64,000 bases of DNA, taken from positions 608,001 to 672,000 of the forward strand of contig CAXXHB010000003.1 of assembly GCA_963664815.2 (NCBI GenBank), in the 5' to 3' direction. This DNA comes from Spirochaetota bacterium (GTDB taxonomy: Bacteria > Spirochaetota > UBA4802 > UBA5550). Below are positions 41,311 to 49,835 of the stretch, piece by piece; the stretch's first letter is position 1; each line of letters opens with the position of its first letter. The notes beneath the pieces were generated by a model. That model was given only the letters and a program-made list of their open reading frames with translations, ran no database searches and was not told where the DNA came from. Position numbers and translations under genes: made by a program.

Positions 41311-41601
41311 GTGAAAAGTTTTAAAATCCCTGCTGTAGCCGTATCGCTTGTTATGGTTACATCTTTAGTCGCATTAAATCTTATGGCGGAACAGAAAAAG
41401 CCAATGGGCCCGCCCCCGGAAATTCAGGCATGTAAAGACAAAAAAGTTGGTGATAGCTGCTCATTTAAGACGCGTGATGGTGCAACAAAAAATGATAGCT
41501 GTAAAAGTATTACAACTCCAAAGGGACAGGAATTAAGCTGTGGTGATATGCCGAAACCGCCAAAAGGTGGAGAAGCACCTAAAGATGGAGATAAAAAATA
41601 A
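41311..41601 (+). CDS. Small secreted Pro/Cys-rich protein
   Basis: GTG start after GGAGG; signal peptide; GPPPEIQACKDKKVGDSCSF...C...LSC (ORF track gives 41191). Confidence 0.75.
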   Translation: MKSFKIPAVAVSLVMVTSLVALNLMAEQKKPMGPPPEIQACKDKKVGDSCSFKTRDGATKNDSCKSITTPKGQELSCGDMPKPPKGGEAPKDGDKK

Positions 41602-41921
41602 AAATGTATTGAGCCGGAATTAAGTTTATCCGGTCCGGAACATCTTAGTCGCCGGTTGTTGATGAGGATTTCCTCTGAATTAAACACTGCAGTTTTTTTA
41701 CTCAGAAATATGAGATAAAGTTGTTTGTTCTTCTTATCTGATCATGTTGGTAAAGGTTGTTGTTCCTGGCATGTAAATATCCTGATGTTAAAATTAAATC
41801 TTTAAACTCATCATCTTTTTTATATCATGAAAAAAATCTCCTTTTATAATATGGACTTCATTAAGCCTTGTTGCTATTATTATATGGCAGATATTGTCAG
41901 ATCAGAAATAAAAGAAATGTT

Positions 41922-43163
41922 ATGAAAAATCTATTTTATATATTCGCATACATAGTCTTCATCATTTTTTCCATGCCAGTTCATCCTTCAGAAACAGATG
42001 GAGACGATTACAACTGGCTGGTCAAACCGCAGTTTGAAAAAGCAGGAAATTATTCTGAAGGATTTGCCGCAGTAATGATGAACGGTAAATATGGTTATAT
42101 TAATATCAAAGGTGATATCTCAATAAAACTACAGTTTGATGAGGCTGAGGATTTTATAGATGAAAAAGCTTCTGTAGTCAAGGATGGGGTTTCCGGAGTT
42201 ATCGATAAGAAGGGTAAATATATCGTCTCTGCCGGGAGAAACAGCAAAATTTTATCCGAAAATGATTTGTATGTTATGAAAACTGATGGAAAGTTCGGAT
42301 ATGTTAAAAGAGATGGTTCTGTGGCTCTTAAACCAGTATATGATGATGCTCTGCCTTTCAGTGAAGGATTAGCAGCAGTGAGCATAAACAGAAAATATGG
42401 CTATATTAATTACAGTGGACGTTTGATTATTAAACCGCATTTTGAATATGCTTTTTCATTCCACGAAGGTCTTGCTGCAGTTAAGATTAATGGAAAATTT
42501 GGATATATAAAAACTAATGGTTTAATGGTAATAAATGCGTCGTATGAAAGTGCGGGTAACTTCCGCGAAGGGCTTGCCCGCATCAGTCTTGATGGGAGTT
42601 ATGGATATATCAATACTGATGGTGAAATTGTAATAGAACCGCAGTTTGGAGATGCATCAGATTTTTATCAGGGGATTGCTGCAGTGATGCTCGGAGGCAA
42701 ATGGGGCTATATACAGGAAAAACCTGTTAGAGAAGTTAACAAGTCAGAAAAAAAAATGGGGAGTATTTCTGAACGTGGAATTAAAAAACAGTCGGATAGT
42801 AAGATGGAGATTGGCAAGAGAAGAAGTGATGTGAATATGATAAAGAAAAGAAGTGGAACAGAAATAACAAAACAGTTGAAAAAAGAATTAAAAAAACGGG
42901 AGCCTGATATTTCTAATCAGTCAGTAAAAGGTCTGGTTTTTATAGGTCTGGTGAGCGAGGTTAATGAAGGACAGGTTGTAATAATAGATGAAGAAAATAA
43001 TGGAAAAATATATATGGGAGCCTGGTGTATTTCCGCTGTGAAAAATGATCTGGTATATATTGAAGCAGATAATCCTATATCAACTGTAGCGAAGTGTTAT
43101 GTTCCTGAAAGTATTTTGAAAAAAATAAAACCGGGAATGAAAGTGTATAAAAGAATCAAATAA
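41922..43163 (+). CDS. WG-repeat (KWG Leptospira-type) secreted protein
   Basis: Repeats of F.EGLA.V...GK(Y/F/W)GYI...G...I.P.F; signal peptide; Lys-rich linker (ORF track gives 41868). Confidence 0.92.
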   Translation: MKNLFYIFAYIVFIIFSMPVHPSETDGDDYNWLVKPQFEKAGNYSEGFAAVMMNGKYGYINIKGDISIKLQFDEAEDFIDEKASVVKDGVSGVIDKKGKYIVSAGRNSKILSENDLYVMKTDGKFGYVKRDGSVALKPVYDDALPFSEGLAAVSINRKYGYINYSGRLIIKPHFEYAFSFHEGLAAVKINGKFGYIKTNGLMVINASYESAGNFREGLARISLDGSYGYINTDGEIVIEPQFGDASDFYQGIAAVMLGGKWGYIQEKPVREVNKSEKKMGSISERGIKKQSDSKMEIGKRRSDVNMIKKRSGTEITKQLKKELKKREPDISNQSVKGLVFIGLVSEVNEGQVVIIDEENNGKIYMGAWCISAVKNDLVYIEADNPISTVAKCYVPESILKKIKPGMKVYKRIK

Positions 43164-43175
43164 ATAAATTAGCTC

Positions 43176-43213
43176 TTCCGGTATTTTACCAGATATGACA
43201 TAAAATACCGGAA
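43176..43213. terminator. Hairpin between convergent genes, probable terminator
   Basis: TTCCGGTATTTTA ... TAAAATACCGGAA, 13-bp stem. Confidence 0.6.
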
Positions 43214-43245
43214 AACTCAATTTTTTGTAAGATTTACTTTCTTTA

Positions 43246-43950
43246 TTAAAGTAAATCTTTTAGTTTCATACTCTCAATAATTATCCTTGCTGCCTTTTCG
43301 GACGAATGTTCTGCATTGTTAATTACGAGATGATAATTATGAGGATCTGAAACATCAAATCTGAGATATTCCTTCAGAAAAGTATCTCTCTGTTTGGTTT
43401 TATCAGCAATGAGTTTCGTGGCCTCATGCTTTGGCATATTCATTTCTTTTATAATCCTTTCGGTTCTCCATGAAAGGGGTGCTACAAGTCTTACATGATA
43501 ACCGTTTTTTATTGACCGGGTTATAATGTTTGATCCTCTGCCAACAATCACTACGTTTCCGTTAAGTGCTAGCAATGCTACAGTCTCTGCAAGTTTTTTG
43601 TGAACAGACACCTGTGGAGGAAACGAGCTGAAAGATGTTTGAAGAAGATTTGTCAGACTGCTTCTTGCAGTGCTTGTCAATGTCTCTGCGAGACTTGAAG
43701 AGAGTCCCATGTCGTCCATTACTCTGTCCAGAAGCTGTCTGTTATAAGCGGCCCATTCAGGATTCTGATTCAGTTCAGTATTGAGTATTTTAATAAGGTG
43801 TTTGGCAACTTCATATCCTCCACATCCATATTCCCTTGATATTGTTATAAATGGGAGCCGGTTACTTTTTTCTGGAACAGCCAGCTTCTCCTTTTGCTGT
43901 TTCCAATGTGTTACCTGCGCTTTGATATATTTTTCCATTGTTGCTGGCAT
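43246..43950 (-). CDS. Cytidylate kinase-like family protein (Cytidylate_kin2), paralog A
   Basis: FITISREYGCGG, GNVVIVGRGSN, HVRLVAP, DPHNYHLVIN. Confidence 0.9.
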   Translation of the reverse strand: MPATMEKYIKAQVTHWKQQKEKLAVPEKSNRLPFITISREYGCGGYEVAKHLIKILNTELNQNPEWAAYNRQLLDRVMDDMGLSSSLAETLTSTARSSLTNLLQTSFSSFPPQVSVHKKLAETVALLALNGNVVIVGRGSNIITRSIKNGYHVRLVAPLSWRTERIIKEMNMPKHEATKLIADKTKQRDTFLKEYLRFDVSDPHNYHLVINNAEHSSEKAARIIIESMKLKDLL

Positions 43951-44533
43951 ATAAACCTCCTATGCAATCAAGGTTTTAATTTTAGTTGCTGATATTATAA
44001 TACTGAAAGATTTTTATTTTTTCAAGTGATATACAAAAACTTTTTTAGAAACTGTAATTTAATCGGTAATGACAATGAAATATATATTGGAGTAAAATAT
44101 TATATCACAATACTGCGGCATTTGTACAAGCGACAAATAAATAATTGACAATAAATAATTATGGATAATAACTTAATTTTAAGATTTAGATACTGTTTAA
44201 GTTATATATCTGATGTCCTGTGCTTTATCGAACGTGTTTTCTTTTACACATTCTCTTCACCCGGTTTTTTACTGAAAGTACTGGTAAAGTTTGTAATTAA
44301 AGATGGTCTGGTCTATCAGCTCATCAAGAAGATGACATATGAATGCCTTATTAATAAAATTATTTTATATACCGATTCAGGTCACATCAGACATCTTTAT
44401 CACATTACTTCAGACAGGAAGATGTGAACATCTCACGATGGCGGCATTTTCACGGCAGATTTGTTGTCGCATATATCCTCAGGTATATCCCATATCTTAT
44501 TGAGTCATTATAGTAATCAAGGATGTTAAGAAC

Positions 44534-45286
44534 ATGAAAGATGAAAAAATCCATAGCAGCGATTTTTCAATCATGAATAAAGATTTTGCGGTCAGGTATT
44601 CTGATTTAGACATGACATATTCTGCCACGATGCCGGCAATATGCAGCTATTTTTTTGAAGTAGGTAGCATCCATGGCAGGATACTGACCGAGGATGCGAA
44701 GCTTGATTCGGTTTTCGTCCTGACGCGGCTTTACGTGAAAATGGATATGTATCCTGAAGTTGAAGAAACTGTCTCAGTCAGGTCATGGCTCTCCCCTGTA
44801 AAAGACAAATATGTAATAAGAAATTTTATAGTAACCGGTGAAAACGGTGATATAATAGGACGCGGGAAATCATCGGCTGTTCCATTTAATCTGCATGAGA
44901 GAACAGGTGCTGCAATTCCGGAAAATATAGGAAAAGTAAAGACAGTTGATATCGAGCCCGCTACACTTCATGCATTCGAGAAACTAACCCCTGTGATGAC
45001 TTCATTGTATGAAAAATCATTCGAAGTCAGTTACTTTGACTGCGATATTTACCAGCATGTAAACAACGTGAAATATATTCAATGGTGCATAGAGGCTCTC
45101 CCCGTTGAATTTATTAAAAGTCATATGCTTAGTGAGATAGATATTAATTTCAGAACAGAGGGGAGTGTCGGAGATAAACTGGTTTTAAAAGCCGGGTATG
45201 GAGGCGGGGATGGTATATTTGTTCATACAATAAGTGATAACATAGGAGGAAGGGAACTGGCACGGATGAAAAGTATATGGAGATAA
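44534..45286 (+). CDS. Acyl-ACP thioesterase (double hotdog)
   Basis: VRYSDLD, FVLTRL, R.F.V...G..IG, DCDIYQHVNNVKYIQW. Confidence 0.9.
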   Translation: MKDEKIHSSDFSIMNKDFAVRYSDLDMTYSATMPAICSYFFEVGSIHGRILTEDAKLDSVFVLTRLYVKMDMYPEVEETVSVRSWLSPVKDKYVIRNFIVTGENGDIIGRGKSSAVPFNLHERTGAAIPENIGKVKTVDIEPATLHAFEKLTPVMTSLYEKSFEVSYFDCDIYQHVNNVKYIQWCIEALPVEFIKSHMLSEIDINFRTEGSVGDKLVLKAGYGGGDGIFVHTISDNIGGRELARMKSIWR

Positions 45287-45343
45287 ACCCGGTCAATTTA
45301 GCCCACATCTTAACCGGTGTTCTGATATCTGTAAATTTTAAAT

Positions 45344-45385
45344 AATAAAAAAACGCAGTATAGATGTACCGCGTTTTTTATTTTT
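45344..45385. terminator. Bidirectional terminator shared by the thioesterase and the SET gene
   Basis: AATAAAAAAACGCAGTA-loop-TACCGCGTTTTTTATTTTT, with A and T tails on both sides. Confidence 0.7.
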
Positions 45386-45409
45386 AGTGAATTGTTTTAT
45401 AAACATCTG

Positions 45410-45904
45410 TCAGGTATCCGCAACAGCATATTGTATATCGGAAAGTCCCTGAATATGCTGTAAACGGAAATTTTTCCCCTTTATGACTTTTTTGCAATTT
45501 TTTGAACCGCACTGGCATTCGAAAGAACGGAAGAGTTCATCCTCAGTAGTTTCATAATCCATTGTGAGAAACTCACCCGGTTTAATATCTCTAATGGCTG
45601 TGAAAGTCTGAGTAGCCATATCGCAATGCATGTTTGGATCACAGCTGTGAAGCACCTTCCCCATAAAAAAAGGATCATGGAGATGATACCCTGGCTGCAT
45701 CTGAAGTGTAAAGAGTGTTACTTCACTTAAAAGAACACCAGCAAATTTAAAAACTATTTCACCGGATTTAAAAGAAGCAAGTGAAATAATCCCCTCGCCG
45801 ACATCATCAGTCTGGATGATACGGAACATTTCCTTTGTTGGTTCATAATTGAACCGGGGGTAGAAGTCCGGATAAAACCGGTCCGGAACATGATCGTCGA
45901 TCAT
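45410..45904 (-). CDS. SET-domain protein with a post-SET zinc motif
   Basis: GEG motif I; F..GE.V; LHSCDPN (NHSCxPN variant); AIRDIKPGEFLTMDY; post-SET CQCGSKNC. Confidence 0.92.
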   Translation of the reverse strand: MIDDHVPDRFYPDFYPRFNYEPTKEMFRIIQTDDVGEGIISLASFKSGEIVFKFAGVLLSEVTLFTLQMQPGYHLHDPFFMGKVLHSCDPNMHCDMATQTFTAIRDIKPGEFLTMDYETTEDELFRSFECQCGSKNCKKVIKGKNFRLQHIQGLSDIQYAVADT

Positions 45905-45909
45905 TTTTT

Positions 45910-46320
45910 TTATCTCCTTAAAATTGTGTTTTCTTTTATTTCTTCAGGTGCGAAGAATTCCTTTATCATGTCGATTACAGTATCCTCTTCGAACCATTTA
46001 CAGCTGAAAACATCAAGGTACATGTCACGCATCATATCATTTGTATGAATTGTAATTGCGCTTGTAACTATCAGCTGTACCGCAGATATTCCTTCTTCGA
46101 TACCTTCGCCGAACCTGGCAATAACCAGATCCCCGTAGGGAACCATATCAATTCGCGGAACAATTTCTTTTATAAACCGGGACACAGAATTTAAATCGAG
46201 CAGATTTTCATTGCAGGCAATGGCTGTTACCATAAGGTGTTTGCCATAGTATTTCCCGCCATTGATCTCTGTTCTTTTGTACGCATCCCGGGCTACCAGG
46301 CCATCGGCAGTTTTACTCAT
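45910..46320 (-). CDS. Pyruvoyl-dependent S-adenosylmethionine decarboxylase family protein (SpeD-like)
   Basis: YGKHL, GISAVQLIVT|SAITIHT predicted autocleavage site, YLDVFSCK; 136 aa. Confidence 0.88.
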   Translation of the reverse strand: MSKTADGLVARDAYKRTEINGGKYYGKHLMVTAIACNENLLDLNSVSRFIKEIVPRIDMVPYGDLVIARFGEGIEEGISAVQLIVTSAITIHTNDMMRDMYLDVFSCKWFEEDTVIDMIKEFFAPEEIKENTILRR

Positions 46321-46836
46321 CTTCTTTTTACTCCTGAAATTATATTAATATTATGTCTTATATTAACGATTCTATAAAAATTATGATTATAAAAAAGTCA
46401 ATTATTAACTTGTATACCTGCAGTAAAATTAACATTTATTCAACTTTGTCTGAGTATAAATGATGTTTTATGTTTCACCTATATTAAAAATTGGAATAAT
46501 TTATATATAGAATATGTCAAGATAGTTGTTATATTAATTTATTTTTATTGGATTTTGTTTACTGCATAACCTGGTGCTGGTATTTTGTTAATAAAACCCC
46601 TTTAAAATGATTATTTTGGAATGCGAGTTAAATAAACACGATTAATGTAATTATATAAGTGATATGATTGCAGTGTCTGTAAGGTAAAAATGTAGTATAA
46701 TAATTTAAATTAACAAAAGTGAACCACATATATCAATTTAGGCGTAGTAATAATTATTTGTATACGAAGGATTTGAAATAGCCGCACCTCTTTTTTTATA
46801 ATACAGTGAGCTGGATGTGTATTCTATTAATAATGG

Positions 46837-47544
46837 TTATTTAATCAGAAGGCCTTTTATTATCATTCCTTCAATTATCAGTCTTGCCAACTGCTCTACA
46901 GAAAAATGACTGTCATTTAGTATAAGGTCATAATTATTCGGGTCTCTCAGGTCAAATTTAAGGAATTCTTTCATATATTCTTCTCTCTGTTTGCTTCTCT
47001 CCTGTATAAATTTGATGGCTTCAGCTTTGCTGATATTTTTAGCTTTTGCAAATTTTTCAGCTCTGTATTTTTCCGGAGCAACAAGCCTTACGTGAAACCC
47101 TCCAGCTGTTTTATTTGTTATCATGTTTGAACCGCGTCCAACTATTACAACATTTCCTTGAAGTGCCAGCATCGTGATTGTTTCAGTAAGTTTTTTGTGT
47201 ATGGCAACCTGCGATGGGAAGGAACTGAATGTTGTCTGGATTAAATCAGTCAGTTTATTACGGGCTTTTCCTGTAAGAGTTTCAAGAAGGCTTTCCGATA
47301 GGCCGGTATCTGCCATGAGTTGTTCAAGCAGCTTCTTATCATATGCAACCCATGGTGGTTCAGATTTATATTTTTCATTAATTATTTCTATTATTCTGGT
47401 TGCAACCATGAATCCGCAACAACCATATTCACGAGATATGGTAATAAAAGGAAGATGATTAGCTTTATCGGTATCTTTAATCTGTTCTTTCTGTTTTTTC
47501 CAGTATATCACCTGTCCTGTCATATATTTATCTAACACAGTCAT
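46837..47544 (-). CDS. Cytidylate kinase-like family protein (Cytidylate_kin2), paralog B
   Basis: PFITISREYGCCG, GNVVIVGRGSN, HVRLVAP, DPNNYDLILN; ATG 47544 follows GGAGG (ORF track gives 47613). Confidence 0.9.
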   Translation of the reverse strand: MTVLDKYMTGQVIYWKKQKEQIKDTDKANHLPFITISREYGCCGFMVATRIIEIINEKYKSEPPWVAYDKKLLEQLMADTGLSESLLETLTGKARNKLTDLIQTTFSSFPSQVAIHKKLTETITMLALQGNVVIVGRGSNMITNKTAGGFHVRLVAPEKYRAEKFAKAKNISKAEAIKFIQERSKQREEYMKEFLKFDLRDPNNYDLILNDSHFSVEQLARLIIEGMIIKGLLIK

Positions 47545-47846
47545 ATCATACCTCCATTTAAAATATTTTAATCTCAGTTTAAAAAAGTTAGCTGTGATAT
47601 GGGAGTTTTTCAATATTTTAGTATGCTATTTCTGATATTTTTATGTAATCTATAAAGCCAAATTTAAAATATTTTTTTAACATATATTTCAGTGCATGAA
47701 AAAACATTATATCATTACGTAACTATAACCGGGGAGATATAATGTCTCTTAATTAAAAAAAGCTATTGTATAAATATTTGAAAATGATAGTAAATTATCG
47801 ATTAATTCATTTGTTAAGTTCAGCAGAATGACTGTAAATTACTTGA

Positions 47847-49028
47847 TTAAGGTTTCGGTTTAAATCTTATCTGGAATACTGCGATCTCCGGTCTTCCGCT
47901 TGTTCTTACCGGTGGACCCCATGTCCCATATCCGCTGGATACATATATATTAGTATTATTCACTTTTGTATATCCGCATGTGATTTTGAAGATCGTATCT
48001 GTTATATAGTTAAGCGGCCATAGCTGCCCATTATGTGTATGGCCTGAAATATGGAGATCAACATTGTTTTTAAGTGAATCGACAATACTGGAAGGCTGAT
48101 GATCCATCAGGATTATCGGGAGATTGAGATTTTTCCCATGGAGTATATCCTCCAGGTTTTTTCTTTTTACTCCCGCGATGCGGTTTATAATCCTGTCTTC
48201 CCTGCCGACAAGAAGAATCGAGCCATTAATTTCGATCGCTTCATCACGCAGCACATTTATTTTATGTTTCTGCATGAAGTTTACGGCTTCAGTAACCCCG
48301 CCTATATATTCATGATTTCCCGTAACTGCGTAAACTCCATATCTTGATCTGATAGATTCAACAAGGCCGCCCATATTATCCTTGACGATGGGGCGGAGTG
48401 TTTCATCAAAGAAATCACCGGGGAACAGGACTATGTCGGTGTCGAGAGAATTTATTGTGTCAACAAGAAACTTGAATTTATTCCTACCGATAATATTTCC
48501 AAGATGAATATCTGATGCTACAACTATGTTAAGTGAACTTTCTATACCCCCCTGTTTGTCAATTTGAATATCGATGATCTTAATAACAGGACAGCATGCT
48601 GTAATGAATCCAGCTATGATTATAACAGAAGTAATGGAGATCACTCCAATCATAAGCTTAAGAGGGATATTTGCTGTTTTGAGTGTTTCATCCTGGGGAA
48701 GAAAGTTAAGTAAATAATTAACTTCTTTTACTGTATCGATCAGAATAATAAAAAGGAGGGCATAAAAAAGAAAAGCCAGCCATGTTGAACCGGTAATTAT
48801 AAGCATCTGGTTGTGTTCAAAAATTCCGTTTCTCTCTGAAATCTCTCCAATGATAAAAGAAGAGGCAAATATGAAAAAGAGTGTGGAATATATTGACCGT
48901 ATTATGCTGCTTGCCGGAAGCGCCTGCCATCCCCTGATAAAAACATAAAAATTTCCAGCCAGATAAACAGCGAGAAATATTGTCATGAATATAACGAACT
49001 GATGTCCTTTCATATGATTAATCTTCAT
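47847..49028 (-). CDS. Membrane-bound metallophosphoesterase (YkuE-like)
   Basis: N-terminal TMs; SDIHLG, GDFFD, GNHE, DHQP, SGHTHNGQ, GPPVR. Confidence 0.93.
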   Translation of the reverse strand: MKINHMKGHQFVIFMTIFLAVYLAGNFYVFIRGWQALPASSIIRSIYSTLFFIFASSFIIGEISERNGIFEHNQMLIITGSTWLAFLFYALLFIILIDTVKEVNYLLNFLPQDETLKTANIPLKLMIGVISITSVIIIAGFITACCPVIKIIDIQIDKQGGIESSLNIVVASDIHLGNIIGRNKFKFLVDTINSLDTDIVLFPGDFFDETLRPIVKDNMGGLVESIRSRYGVYAVTGNHEYIGGVTEAVNFMQKHKINVLRDEAIEINGSILLVGREDRIINRIAGVKRKNLEDILHGKNLNLPIILMDHQPSSIVDSLKNNVDLHISGHTHNGQLWPLNYITDTIFKITCGYTKVNNTNIYVSSGYGTWGPPVRTSGRPEIAVFQIRFKPKP

Positions 49029-49528
49029 ACTCCGATAGGATTATTACGCGTTTTTTAAGCGGTTTCATGTTGAATATTCCCATTCCAGGAGAAAGTATAT
49101 GGCAAAATATGTATATTCTTTATGCATCTCTTAATGAGATATTTTATTATCAATTCCATCGGCAATTCCCAGGAATGTAAGTGTCAGAAGAGCTGTAATC
49201 CATTCCATCGTTATTTCCTGTTCTCAGAGTTTATATCAAACAGATATAAAGAATATCACCTGTTGTCAATTATAATCAGTCGTTTATATTCATCTTATAT
49301 GATTTTATATTTCCTGTATTTATTACATTACATATTAAAAAATGATGTTACAAAATTCCGGTTTGTTAAGTTTTAAGTATCATGTTGAAACTTAAAAGCT
49401 TTTTACAATTAAGAATATTTTAAAGAATTATTACTGAAAAATCTCAGAAAAGTCTTTGATATTTTTTCAGTATAAGTATTAAATGCCTTTAAATCGGGTT
49501 TTATCAGTTTAAATAAGAGGTTTAAAAA

Positions 49529-49723
49529 ATGTACAGCAACATAACTCTGAATTATGCCTTTGCTATGCCGGGAATGGGGGAACTCGTAGTTATTTTTCTG
49601 ATCATTCTTGTTCTTTTCGGCGCAGGAAAAATTCCAACTATCGCGAAGGATATTGGTTCCGGTATAAGGGAATTTAAAAAATCTGTTAAAGATAATCCGG
49701 ATGAAAATAAGGATAAAAAGTGA
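49529..49723 (+). CDS. tatA: Twin-arginine translocase TatA/E subunit
   Basis: PGMGELVVIFLIILVLFGAGKIP..AKDIGSGIREFKK. Confidence 0.93.
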   Translation: MYSNITLNYAFAMPGMGELVVIFLIILVLFGAGKIPTIAKDIGSGIREFKKSVKDNPDENKDKK

Positions 49724-49755
49724 AGAAAAGCTGCCATTATGGCAGCTTTTCTTTT
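49723..49755. terminator. Bidirectional intrinsic terminator
   Basis: AAGAAAAGCTGCCA-TTA-TGGCAGCTTTTCTTTT. Confidence 0.85.
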
Positions 49756-49835
49756 AAGAAGGATTATGTAAAAAGTAACTTATGATAATTATAAAATATT
49801 TGCCAGGGTACGTATTGCTGGATTCTTTATTTTAA

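Noticed and set aside
42718-42910. Lys-rich segment in the WG-repeat protein as a repeat or insertion element
   Set aside because: It is a low-complexity linker with no exact nucleotide repeats.
49122-49376. 84-aa ORF upstream of tatA
   Set aside because: No RBS, composition typical of AT-rich intergenic DNA, and no motif.
49529-49723. Orphan tatA without tatC as a novelty
   Set aside because: Stand-alone tatA/E copies are common.
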